Of a stretch of DNA of 35,816 bases, positions 9,147-18,802 are shown piece after piece. The translations under genes and the position numbers were made by a program. A model generated the notes under the pieces. It was given only the letters and a program-made list of their open reading frames with translations, was not told the DNA's origin and ran no database searches. The stretch spans positions 1 through 35,816 of the forward strand of contig CAXGAI010000047.1 of NCBI GenBank assembly GCA_964007735.1, read 5' to 3'. How positions within the stretch are numbered: the stretch's first letter is position 1; each line of letters opens with the position of its first letter. The stretch is from an uncultured Rhodopirellula sp. (GTDB lineage Bacteria > Planctomycetota > Planctomycetia > Pirellulales > Pirellulaceae).

Positions 9147-9461
9147 ATGTCTGATAAACAAGTTGCTCACATGGTGTTTTTTACTCTCACCGATGGAAGT
9201 GAAGAAGCGATTCAAAAATTGATTAATGCTTGCGATAGCTATTTGACCGGCCATGACGGCACGGTTTACTACAGTGCCGGGACTCGCGGATCTGAATTTG
9301 TTCGTGAAGTGAACAATCAGACCTATCATGTTGGCTTGCACGTTGTATTTGAAAGCAAAGCTGCTCATGACCAGTATCAAACACATGAACGTCACTTGGC
9401 CTTCATCGCTGAAAATAAAGATAACTGGGCTTCTGTCGATATCTTTGATACTTACGTTTAG
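9147..9461 (+). CDS. Dabb / stress-responsive A/B barrel protein
   Basis: HMVFF...F.S..AHD.YQ.H..H..F...W....IFD pattern; 104 aa. Confidence 0.85.
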   Translation: MSDKQVAHMVFFTLTDGSEEAIQKLINACDSYLTGHDGTVYYSAGTRGSEFVREVNNQTYHVGLHVVFESKAAHDQYQTHERHLAFIAENKDNWASVDIFDTYV

Positions 9462-9520
9462 TAGGTGTGACTTGCCACCGATTTAGTGGCCTTCCGATTT
9501 ATTAAACAGAGAGGTAAACC

Positions 9521-11224
9521 ATGAGGTTTTGGACTCGGTTAGTTCTTACCGTATTAGCCGTCGCATCTGTGTCTGCCGGTAACATGTTACAAGCAGCACG
9601 ACCAAACATTGTTCTCGTCATGGCAGATGATATGGGATATACCGATATCGGTTGTTATGGAAGTGAGATTAATACTCCGGAGTTGGATAAGTTGGCTTCC
9701 AACGGAGTACGATTTACGCAGTTTTACAACACTTCTCGCTGCTGTCCGACGCGTGCAGCTCTTTTGACAGGTCTCTATTCTCATCAGGCTGGCATTGGTT
9801 TGATGACTGGAGATCAGGGATATGACGCTTATCGGGGAGATCTGAATCAAAAGTGTGTAACGTTGGCTGAAGTGCTGGGTAATTCTGGATATAGCACTTA
9901 CATGTCAGGTAAATGGCATGTGACGAAGCACGTCAGACCTGAGGGGCCAAAGCATAATTGGCCGCTGCAACGTGGGTTTGACAGGTTTTACGGGACAATA
10001 ATCGGGGCTGGAAGCTTCTGGGATCCGGCAACGCTATGCCGGGATAACACTTTTGTTACTCCGGTTAATGACGCGGAATACCAACCAAAGACGTTTTATT
10101 ACACGGATGCTATCAGCGATAACGCTGTGACTTATATTGCGGACCATTTTGAAGCGGAAGAGGATCGACCGTTCTTTCTCTATGTGTCTTATACAAGTGC
10201 TCATTGGCCAATGCATGCGTTCGAAAAGGACATGAAGAAGTACGAGGGTACTTACGATGATGGCTATACCCCGATTCGTGAAAAGCGATACGCAAAAGCC
10301 AGAAAGCTAGGCGTTATTGAAGATCACTGGGAAATGAGTGCTGGAGCAATGGATTGGGAAAAATTTGCTCACAAAGAATGGGATATTCGCTGCATGGAGG
10401 TTTATGCGGCGATGGTGGACCGCATGGATCAGGGTATTGGAAAAATCGTTACAGAGTTGAAGCAGAATCATGCCCTAGACAATACGATCTTTATCTATCT
10501 GCAAGACAATGGTGGGTGTGCTGAGTATTACGGCCGCGCAGATAACTCGGATAAGAAAGCTAACTTCGATTTCAAACCGTTGGGTCCGAATGATTTTCAG
10601 ACGAAGATCTGGCCGCCAATGCAAACTCGTGGAGGTGAATGGGTTCGCACCGGTCCCCAAACGATGCCTGGCGCTGAGGATACTTTTGTCGCTTATGGTT
10701 TAGGATGGGCCAACACCTCGAACACTCCATTTCGAGGCTATAAACATGACGGCTATGAAGGCGGAATCAGTACTCCTTTTATTGTGCATTGGCCACAAGG
10801 CATGCAAAAGAGAATGAAAGGTAAGTTAGTTCACGACCCCTCCCATCTCATTGATTTGATGCCCACCTTTGTGACTGCGGCCGAAGCTCAATACCCTACC
10901 ACGTATCATGACGGCCAAACGATTCAACCGATGGAAGGGATCAGCCTGCTGCCGGCGCTGTCAGGGGCAGGTCTGACTCGTGAAGAAGCGTTAGGCTTCG
11001 AGCATCATGGAAATCTGGCATTGCGTGATGGTCGTTATAAGATTGTCTCGGCCTATCGACGTGATGAACCGGTAAAGTGGGAACTGTACGACATGCAGGA
11101 AGATCGCACCGAACTTAATGATTTATCGGATGAAATGCCGGAGAAGAAGCAGCAACTTATTGATAAGTGGCAAGTGTGGGCTGATCGTATCGGCGTACAG
11201 CCATGGCCGATTCGACGCAAATAA
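9521..11224 (+). CDS. Arylsulfatase (S1, Cys-type formylglycine sulfatase), exported
   Basis: RPNIVLVMADDMG, CCPTRAALLTG (CxPxR), GKWH, DNG and YEGGI; signal peptide; GAGG RBS. Confidence 0.95.
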   Translation: MRFWTRLVLTVLAVASVSAGNMLQAARPNIVLVMADDMGYTDIGCYGSEINTPELDKLASNGVRFTQFYNTSRCCPTRAALLTGLYSHQAGIGLMTGDQGYDAYRGDLNQKCVTLAEVLGNSGYSTYMSGKWHVTKHVRPEGPKHNWPLQRGFDRFYGTIIGAGSFWDPATLCRDNTFVTPVNDAEYQPKTFYYTDAISDNAVTYIADHFEAEEDRPFFLYVSYTSAHWPMHAFEKDMKKYEGTYDDGYTPIREKRYAKARKLGVIEDHWEMSAGAMDWEKFAHKEWDIRCMEVYAAMVDRMDQGIGKIVTELKQNHALDNTIFIYLQDNGGCAEYYGRADNSDKKANFDFKPLGPNDFQTKIWPPMQTRGGEWVRTGPQTMPGAEDTFVAYGLGWANTSNTPFRGYKHDGYEGGISTPFIVHWPQGMQKRMKGKLVHDPSHLIDLMPTFVTAAEAQYPTTYHDGQTIQPMEGISLLPALSGAGLTREEALGFEHHGNLALRDGRYKIVSAYRRDEPVKWELYDMQEDRTELNDLSDEMPEKKQQLIDKWQVWADRIGVQPWPIRRK

Positions 11225-11307
11225 CGCAGGTTGTGCAGAACGGTCGGTGGGGAACCCCGTTTCCTGAATGCGAAGGTGAGAAAGCTCGTCGTTGACAAGT
11301 TTTCGGC

Positions 11308-12711
11308 TTAACTGCGTGTGAGACGCCGCGAAAGGTCGTTCAGGCCCCCAACATCGGTTAATCGACGTTCCCGACCTTCGAAAAGAAAGGTCAGTTCCGT
11401 ATGGTCGATACCTAACAGCGAAAGCATCGTGGCATGCAAATCATTGACATGAAATCGGTCTTCGATGGCATTGAATCCGAAATCATCAGTAGCGCCAATG
11501 ACTTGACCACCCTGAATCCCGCCGCCAGCCATCCAAATACTGAATCCATATGGGTGATGATCTCGACCTTGATTTCCTTGCATGATAGGTGTTCGGCCAA
11601 ATTCACCTGACCAGACTACAAGCGTTTCATCGAGCAGTCCCCGCGTTTCCAGATCCTCAAGTAAACCGGCAATTGGTTTGTCGACAGCCTGAGCTCGTCC
11701 TGAGTGATTGTCCTTAATACCGCCGTGAGCATCCCAGTCCCCATCGACGAGGTGAATGTAGCGTACCCCCCGCTCCACCATGCGCCGGGCCATGAGGCAC
11801 ATTTTCCCAAAGGTCTGCGTTGTTCCGTCATGGATTCCATACAGATCTTCCGTTTCCCGGGTTTCTTTGGACAGATCGATCACTTCCGGAGCTGCCATCT
11901 GCATTTTATATGCCAACTCGTAATTAGCGATGCGGGCATCCAGCCGTGAGTCCCCGGGACGATTGTCGCGATGGCGTTTATTCCAGAGTTGGATCTGTTT
12001 AAGGAGCGTTTGCTGGCTTCGTGCGGATAAACTTTCTGGGCGGTCCAGATTTTGAATCGGCATTCCCGAAGTTCTCAGAAAGGTGCCCTGATAGAGAGCA
12101 GGCAGGAAGCCGGAACTGAATGTTGCTGTTCCATTGCGAAAGAAACTATTGGTCATCGCGATGTAACTGGGTAGTTCTTCGGTTTCACTTCCGATCCCAT
12201 AGGTGACCCAAGAACCGACACTTGGATGCCCCAGCAAGCGGGTTCCCGAATGCATCATTGTGAGCGCAGAGCCATGAATGAAAAGCTCGTGGTAGCAGGA
12301 GCGAATGACTGCAAGCTTATCCGCCTGAGTTGCAAGGTGGGGGAATAATGAAGAAACGGGAAGACCGGATTCACCGTGTTCTTTGAAATCAAACTGACCA
12401 CCGAGAACGGTGGCATCGGCCGTGTTGATTTGGGCGAGATCGAATTTGCGAAATTCCTCCGGCAGGAGTTTACCGCTCTGTTTGGAAAGTTCAGGCTTAG
12501 GGTCAAACGTTTCAAGATGGCTTGGGCCACCCTGCATAAACAACCAAATCACGTGCTTGGCGGTTCCAGGCAATGGTGTTTTTGAGTTGTTATCAGCACT
12601 GGAGCTGCGTCTTAGCAAGTCTAGTAATCCGAGAGCACCCAATCCTGAGCCGAACTGAGTAAGCGCCTCGCGACGTGTTAAAGAATTGTTTTGAAGCGAA
12701 AGGTAGTTCAT
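11308..12711 (-). CDS. DUF1501 family protein (Tat-like signal)
   Basis: LTRREAL, AKHVIWLFMQGGPSHLETFDPKP, ARRMVERGVR, WDAH, EFGRTP and GRDHHP. Confidence 0.93.
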   Translation of the reverse strand: MNYLSLQNNSLTRREALTQFGSGLGALGLLDLLRRSSSADNNSKTPLPGTAKHVIWLFMQGGPSHLETFDPKPELSKQSGKLLPEEFRKFDLAQINTADATVLGGQFDFKEHGESGLPVSSLFPHLATQADKLAVIRSCYHELFIHGSALTMMHSGTRLLGHPSVGSWVTYGIGSETEELPSYIAMTNSFFRNGTATFSSGFLPALYQGTFLRTSGMPIQNLDRPESLSARSQQTLLKQIQLWNKRHRDNRPGDSRLDARIANYELAYKMQMAAPEVIDLSKETRETEDLYGIHDGTTQTFGKMCLMARRMVERGVRYIHLVDGDWDAHGGIKDNHSGRAQAVDKPIAGLLEDLETRGLLDETLVVWSGEFGRTPIMQGNQGRDHHPYGFSIWMAGGGIQGGQVIGATDDFGFNAIEDRFHVNDLHATMLSLLGIDHTELTFLFEGRERRLTDVGGLNDLSRRLTRS

Positions 12712-12714
12712 GTC

Positions 12715-14895
12715 TTAGTCAATAAAGGAAAACTCATTATGATTAAATAATGCTAGGCACGTGTGCACATAAGCTGCCGCACGTGCCGGCGTAATTGTCT
12801 TAAACAAGTCGGCTGTTTCTTTATCCGGTTGGAATTTCAATGCATCGGATTCAAGGGTCTTAATAAGCGTCAGTATTTCCGCTAACTCCGCCTTGGAGAT
12901 CTGTCGTCCCAAGACACGCAACCAAAGTTCGGCACTCCAGACTTCGGGGTTGTCGCCCGTTTTTGCCAGTACCACCGCAGCCAAATGTTGCGCTTGTTTG
13001 TAAACGGATGGGCTGTTGAGAGTCCACAGGGCCTGAGGAGCTACTGTCGTCACATCCCGCTGCGGACAGCTTAACTCTGTCAGCGGTGCATCGTAAACTT
13101 CAAACATAGGAAATCGAAAGTTGCGTTTAACCAAAATGTAGATCCCCCGCCGGGTGTGATCGGATGGATCACCGGAAACAGGCCAGTGCCATTTCTCCCG
13201 CAAAGCAGCCATTTCATCAGTGGAAAGAGAGGGAACCACGGGTCTCCCATATAATTTGTTGGTAAGCGTACCAGCCGTGAAATGGACAGAATCCCAAAGG
13301 GCTTCGGCTTCTAGACGCCGTCGATTCATTCGCCATAGGTATTTGTTTTCGGGGTCAATGGCTAGATTGTTGTCAGTTGCAGTTCTGCTGTCAGCCTGAT
13401 AGGTGTTACTTTTCATTATCAGGCGGTGCATTTCTTTGAGGCTCCAGTCCCTGGTAATGAATTCGGATGCGAGCCAGTCTAGGAGGTCCGGGTGCGTTGG
13501 CGCGGCGCCCATCAATCCGAAGTCATTCGGGGTTGCAACAATTCCTCTGCCAAAATGCCATTGCCATAATCGATTCATCATTACTCGAGATGTCAGTGGA
13601 TGTTTACCATTGGTAAGCCAAAGTGCCAGTGCCTTGCGGGATTCAAATTGATTTGAGAGATCGGACGGGCTGTTGGTGGCGATTGCCAGTGCTTTCGGTA
13701 ATTTGGCACCGACCACGTGCTTAGGCAACTCCAGTTCACCGCGATCTAGAAAATGAACAGGCTTTAAGAGCTTGGGGTGGGTGTGTCCGAGGACCGTTGC
13801 AGTAGGTGAAGTCATCAGGATATCAAAGGGCTCCTGAGGAACGCTGTTGGCGTTATCCGGTAACAGCATTACTGAGTTGACAATAGCATCTTTAAGCGTC
13901 TGTTCCTGAGCTTTCTCAGCTTCGGTAAGTTCCAGACCGGCGATGGTGGCTCGAAAGGCCTTCAGTGCTCTTTTGGCTTCTTCGACGGCTGTTCGTCGCG
14001 GATATAGCCAATGCCAGTCTCCCCGCATCATCGGTGTGTGCAGATGGAGGTACTGTTTTTCGCTAGGAGCGAAAATGGCCTGCATCCCAAAGTAGTCTTC
14101 CTGACTAAGGGGATCAAATTTATGGTCGTGGCAACGGGCACATCCCATCGTGAGACCCATAAAAACAGAGGCCGTGGTATCGACCCAGTCAGTAAGGGTT
14201 TCATACTGCAGACGGTGCGCATCCAAAGCCGATTCATGTACCTGCGCGTTAAGATTATAAAAGCCTGTCCCAATTCTAGCTTCTAGGTGTTTCTTCTTTT
14301 GGTCTGACAACAAGTAGACCCGTTTTGGGTCCAGATCAAGATTATCAGGCCAGATTTCGTCGGCCGCGATTTGTTCCTGAACGAAAATGTCATACGGCTT
14401 GTCGTCATTCAGGCTCTTAATGACATAATCCCGGTAACGCCAGGCATTAGGAATACTGTTATCCCCTTCAAATCCCTGTGAATCGGCATAACGAGCGACA
14501 TCCAGCCAGTGTCGCGCCCACCTTTCCCCGTATTCGGGCTTTTCAAGAAGTTCGTTGATCAGTTCTTCCCATGCTTTGGGGGACGGATTGTTAACGAACT
14601 GATTGATTTGTTCGGGCGTGGGGGGTAACCCGATAAGGTCAAAATAAGCGCGACGCACGAGCGTTGTTCTGTCGGCACGGGTGACGGGGGTAAGCTTTTT
14701 GCGATCCAGTACTTTTTGGATGAAAGCATCAATCGGATTGTTTACCAGATGCCCGTGCGTTAACGAATCTTTGGCGGGTGGCACGGGTCGATCAGGAGTG
14801 GTAAAAGCCCATGAAAATGGTGCATCCTGAGCATTCCCGGGGATTGCCATTAAGGTGATTAACAGGAGTCCTAGGTAGCGAGAGGTGAACTTCAT
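12715..14895 (-). CDS. DUF1549/DUF1553 (PSCyt2/PSD1) planctomycete cytochrome-like protein
   Basis: NPIDAFI, RRAYFDLIGLPPT, YGERWARHWLDVARYADS, CARCHDHKFDP (CxxCH), NRLWQWHFGRG, PTHPDLLDWLA and RRLEAE; ends 3 bp before the DUF1501 start. Confidence 0.95.
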   Translation of the reverse strand: MKFTSRYLGLLLITLMAIPGNAQDAPFSWAFTTPDRPVPPAKDSLTHGHLVNNPIDAFIQKVLDRKKLTPVTRADRTTLVRRAYFDLIGLPPTPEQINQFVNNPSPKAWEELINELLEKPEYGERWARHWLDVARYADSQGFEGDNSIPNAWRYRDYVIKSLNDDKPYDIFVQEQIAADEIWPDNLDLDPKRVYLLSDQKKKHLEARIGTGFYNLNAQVHESALDAHRLQYETLTDWVDTTASVFMGLTMGCARCHDHKFDPLSQEDYFGMQAIFAPSEKQYLHLHTPMMRGDWHWLYPRRTAVEEAKRALKAFRATIAGLELTEAEKAQEQTLKDAIVNSVMLLPDNANSVPQEPFDILMTSPTATVLGHTHPKLLKPVHFLDRGELELPKHVVGAKLPKALAIATNSPSDLSNQFESRKALALWLTNGKHPLTSRVMMNRLWQWHFGRGIVATPNDFGLMGAAPTHPDLLDWLASEFITRDWSLKEMHRLIMKSNTYQADSRTATDNNLAIDPENKYLWRMNRRRLEAEALWDSVHFTAGTLTNKLYGRPVVPSLSTDEMAALREKWHWPVSGDPSDHTRRGIYILVKRNFRFPMFEVYDAPLTELSCPQRDVTTVAPQALWTLNSPSVYKQAQHLAAVVLAKTGDNPEVWSAELWLRVLGRQISKAELAEILTLIKTLESDALKFQPDKETADLFKTITPARAAAYVHTCLALFNHNEFSFID

Positions 14896-15041
14896 AATTC
14901 CGCACGGCTTGCAAGAGAAATAACACTTCCTGTTATTCTAATTCCTCTTGAGATGGAAAGTGAAGGGTTGACTCGGCATTCTTGGGTAATTCCGTCTCGC
15001 TGATATAACGGTGCTATGCAGTATGGACGATCAGATACGTT

Positions 15042-16598
15042 TTATCTCGACCAATATTGACGATCTAGCAGGCGGTAGTTAACCGCTTCATGAATATGTT
15101 CTTCCTCGATTTTCTCGCTGCCGGAGAGATCGGCGATCGTACGAGCAACGCGGAGTATTTTGTCGTGGGCGCGCGCTGAAAATCCCATCGCATCGACAGC
15201 CAGTTGAAGTGCTCTCTGTGATGCTCTGGTGACCATGCAGAACTTTCGAACCTGTGAGGATGTCATTTGTGCGTTGTAATGAGTGCGTGCGTCTTGAAAA
15301 CGATCGTTCTGGGCTTTACGTGCAAGGATAACCTTTGCCCTCATTTCTTCGCTGTTCATACCATGATGGCTACCGCTTAGTTGCTCAATAGGAACGGCCG
15401 GGACTTCGATCTGTAGGTCAATGCGATCGAGCATAGGACCACTGATTTTTGAGATGTATCGGTCTACATGTTGCTGTACACATTGACAGGTACGTCGTGA
15501 GTCATTTTTAAATCCGCAAGGACACGGATTCATGGCAGCTAAAAGCATGAAGTCAGACGGGAAGGTTGCGACTCCGCGGGCACGTGCTATCGTTACAAAC
15601 TTATCCTCCAATGGTTGACGTAATACTTCCAGTGTTGCCCGACTGAATTCGGGAAGCTCGTCGAGAAACAGGACGCCATTGTGTGCCATTGAGATTTCTC
15701 CGGGTGAAGGCGTTGTTCCTCCGCCAACAAGTCCAGCCTGGCTGATAGTATGGTGAGGTGAGCGATAAGGTCGTTTGGATAATAAAGGTTGCTCCGGATG
15801 GAGGCGGCCTAGTACGCTGTAAACCCGACTTGTCTCAATCGATTCAGAGTTGTTAAGTCGGGGTAGGATGGTTGGGAAACGTTTCGCAAGCATTGTTTTG
15901 CCGCTGCCTGGCGGTCCAATCATGAGGAGATTGTGAGCTCCGGAAGCTGAAATTACCAAAGCTCGCTTAGCCATCAGTTGCCCCCTCACGTCGGCATAAT
16001 CCATTTCGTCCTCGCGGTGTTTTTGCAGGAGATGGTCCGAATTGCCCGGCGTGCGATCCAACTTCAGCTTTCCGTTTAGAAATGCTGCGGCCTGTGCCAG
16101 ACTGTCTACCGCATAGATTCGGGCTCCTTCAACAACCGCAGCTTCTGCCGCATTGCTCGAAGGGACGATTAGTCCTTTAAGGGATGCTGCGTGAGTAGTA
16201 CTAATCGCCATGCCTAAGGCTCCCTTGACCGGCCGGGTTTCACCAGCCAGGGAGAGTTCTCCAACAACAGCGTATTCGTTCAGATGGTCCTGTTCCAGGT
16301 GCCCCATTCCCGCTAGCATTCCCAACGCAATGGGTAAGTCAAAAGAGGCAGCATGTTTGCGCAGTTCGACCGGAGCAAGGTTGATTGTAATGTGATCGTA
16401 TTGAAGTCTAAATCCTGCGTTGGCGATCGCGCGTTTGACTCGCTGGCTACTTTCCCGCACGGCTTTGTCAGGCAAGCCAACGGTTGTAATGGATGGGTTT
16501 GGATTGGGAGTGTTGGGGTCGAAAATCGTATCGACTTCAACATCGACATGATGGGCATCGAGTCCGACCATGGTGAAGGTTTTTAGTTGAGCGAGCAT
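15042..16598 (-). CDS. comM: ComM/YifB Mg-chelatase-like AAA+ ATPase
   Basis: VGLPDKAVRES, INLAP, FDLPIALG, Walker A GPPGSGKT, RSPHH, GEISMAHNGVLFLDELPEF, NPCPCG, SGPMLDRID and RVARTIADL. Confidence 0.95.
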   Translation of the reverse strand: MLAQLKTFTMVGLDAHHVDVEVDTIFDPNTPNPNPSITTVGLPDKAVRESSQRVKRAIANAGFRLQYDHITINLAPVELRKHAASFDLPIALGMLAGMGHLEQDHLNEYAVVGELSLAGETRPVKGALGMAISTTHAASLKGLIVPSSNAAEAAVVEGARIYAVDSLAQAAAFLNGKLKLDRTPGNSDHLLQKHREDEMDYADVRGQLMAKRALVISASGAHNLLMIGPPGSGKTMLAKRFPTILPRLNNSESIETSRVYSVLGRLHPEQPLLSKRPYRSPHHTISQAGLVGGGTTPSPGEISMAHNGVLFLDELPEFSRATLEVLRQPLEDKFVTIARARGVATFPSDFMLLAAMNPCPCGFKNDSRRTCQCVQQHVDRYISKISGPMLDRIDLQIEVPAVPIEQLSGSHHGMNSEEMRAKVILARKAQNDRFQDARTHYNAQMTSSQVRKFCMVTRASQRALQLAVDAMGFSARAHDKILRVARTIADLSGSEKIEEEHIHEAVNYRLLDRQYWSR

Positions 16599-16820
16599 CG
16601 TTTATCTCTTAGGTAAAAGGTTTCCAAAGAGATGTACATTAGTTTGGTGTGTCCTATTATAAGACGCTTACGTATGCCATAGCAGGCCGGTGAGTCAGGG
16701 GGTGACAGGAAGTTCGTTTTTACGTTAGGCAGAGCTTTGGCCTCGAGTTCAATAAACACTAGAATGATGAAAGCAAATTGTGCCGATCCTTTTGATTTTA
16801 AAATAATTCCGGAGTGTAGT

Positions 16821-17933
16821 ATGGGATTAACCGTGGAAGGCTGCCGTCGGCGGCAACAACGGGTTCTTGAGCGGATGCAGGAGCGAAATGTTGCGCGCCT
16901 TGTTGTCACTCGTCCTGAACATGTGCAGTATTTATCCGGATTTCATACGCATCATTTAATGGCAAGTATTGTGACTCTCGATTCTGCTGGCAAATTGACA
17001 TTAATTGTTCCTAATCGTGAGCCTGAAGATGCGGCAGCCGATGAAATAATGACTTATGAAGCTCAGTGGCACTCCACTCTCCGGCCTGAACAGCAAGCTG
17101 CTGCGGCGGAGCAATTGCAATTAGCATTACGAGGTGTTTCTTCAATAGGAATGGCCGTAGATGGAGCCTACACCGGAATTCATACTCTTACCGCAGCAGG
17201 AATGGTTTCGGTTGCTGATGCCGTGGACTTTGAACCCGATTTATGGCGGCTGCGAAGACGCAAGGATTCGGATGAGTTGGAATTAATGCAAAAGGCGATT
17301 GATTGCACCGAGGCAATGTATTTGCATGCGCGAGAAATTGTAGAACCAGGGATTCATGAAATTGATTTGTTCAATGAACTACAAGCCGTCGCGGTCTCCA
17401 CGGCTGGAGAACCTCTGACGGCCTTGTTGGGTAATGATTTTCAGTGCAACTCCCGGGGAGGTCCGCCTCGAGATAACCGGGCCGAGGCAGGACAACTTTA
17501 CATATTAGATTTGGGGCCTTGCTACCGCGGTTATTACGCTGATAATTGTAGGACAATATCCGTGGACCGACAGCCGACGGAGCTGCAGATGCAAGCCTGG
17601 GATTTGATTCAGGAAGTGTTTGCTTTGATTGAACGGGAAGTAAGACCTGGTGTGCATGCAAAACAGATCTTTGAATCAGTGCAGCAATTGCTCGGTGAAT
17701 TTCCGCATGGTACCTTTCCGCATCATTTAGGTCATGGTGTTGGCCTGTATCCTCATGAAGCACCTCACCTGAATCCTTTCTGGGATGATATCTTCGAACA
17801 AGGAGATGTCTTTACCGTGGAACCGGGGTTGTATGGCGAAGCATTGGCTTTTGGTATGAGACTGGAAAATAACTATCGAGTGACTGATAACGGTGTTCAT
17901 CTGTTAACACCGTTTAATCTGGAGTTGGCATGA
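16821..17933 (+). CDS. M24 (Xaa-Pro peptidase/creatinase-like) metallopeptidase
   Basis: Start reassigned to ATG 16821 after GGAG. Metal ligands in LDLG, YADNCRT, HLGHGVG..PHE, VEPG and RLEN. Confidence 0.92.
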   Translation: MGLTVEGCRRRQQRVLERMQERNVARLVVTRPEHVQYLSGFHTHHLMASIVTLDSAGKLTLIVPNREPEDAAADEIMTYEAQWHSTLRPEQQAAAAEQLQLALRGVSSIGMAVDGAYTGIHTLTAAGMVSVADAVDFEPDLWRLRRRKDSDELELMQKAIDCTEAMYLHAREIVEPGIHEIDLFNELQAVAVSTAGEPLTALLGNDFQCNSRGGPPRDNRAEAGQLYILDLGPCYRGYYADNCRTISVDRQPTELQMQAWDLIQEVFALIEREVRPGVHAKQIFESVQQLLGEFPHGTFPHHLGHGVGLYPHEAPHLNPFWDDIFEQGDVFTVEPGLYGEALAFGMRLENNYRVTDNGVHLLTPFNLELA

Positions 17934-18748
17934 TGAGCGTATTTGATTTAACTGGCAAGACCGCATTAGTGACAGGTAGTGGTCGTGGTATTGGTAAGGG
18001 CTGTGCAATCGAGTTGGCTCGCGCCGGTGCTGACGTAATTGTTAATGACTTATATGATGGGCCGGATCTCGAGGGCACAACGAAAGAAATTCTTGGGATG
18101 GGAAGACAATGTTACCCCCTAGTTGGCGATGTGTTTTCACAGCGAGGTTGCCAGGAATTGTTCGATCAGGCAATCGAAGCGGCTAACAAAATTGATATTT
18201 TGGTGAGTAATCCCGCTTACTCCCACCGCGCTGAATTTCTCGCACTAGAAGGAGAGCATTGGGAACGCACTATGCAAGGAACCCTCAGTGCAGGGTTTTA
18301 TATGAGCCAGTTAGTAGCTGGGCAGATGGTCGAGCGAGGAGAAGGCGGCAAGATTGTTTTTATCTCGAGTGTGCAGGCTGTGATGCCAATCGGTCTTAGC
18401 GTTGCTTATAACGCAGCCAAGGCGGGGCTTGATCACATGATGAGAACGATCGCGATGGAATTGTCTTCCCATCGAATCAATGTCAATTCGATTCAGCCTG
18501 GATGGATCGACACGCCGCTAGAACGCGTAACCTGGACCGAAGAAGCTATCAATGAACAGGGGGCCTTGCTTCCCTGGGGACGTCTTGGAATTCCCCGGGA
18601 TATTGGTCAGGCTGCAGTCTTTCTCTGTTCGGATGCAGCTGATTATGTGACATGTGTTACTTTGCCTGTTGATGGAGGCTTTCGTCATCGGGATTGTGAT
18701 GTGTCACGCGTTGCTAAGATGATGCAGGACGATACGCACGCATCATAA
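17930..18748 (+). CDS. Short-chain dehydrogenase/reductase
   Basis: TGSGRGIG, ISS, YNAAK and PGWIDT; start overlaps the M24 stop codon (ATGA). Confidence 0.93.
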   Translation: MMSVFDLTGKTALVTGSGRGIGKGCAIELARAGADVIVNDLYDGPDLEGTTKEILGMGRQCYPLVGDVFSQRGCQELFDQAIEAANKIDILVSNPAYSHRAEFLALEGEHWERTMQGTLSAGFYMSQLVAGQMVERGEGGKIVFISSVQAVMPIGLSVAYNAAKAGLDHMMRTIAMELSSHRINVNSIQPGWIDTPLERVTWTEEAINEQGALLPWGRLGIPRDIGQAAVFLCSDAADYVTCVTLPVDGGFRHRDCDVSRVAKMMQDDTHAS

Positions 18749-18802
18749 GAAATGTTTTTCGGTATCTGGGGTTATCCACCCTATAGGAGAATTGACCCCA
18801 AA

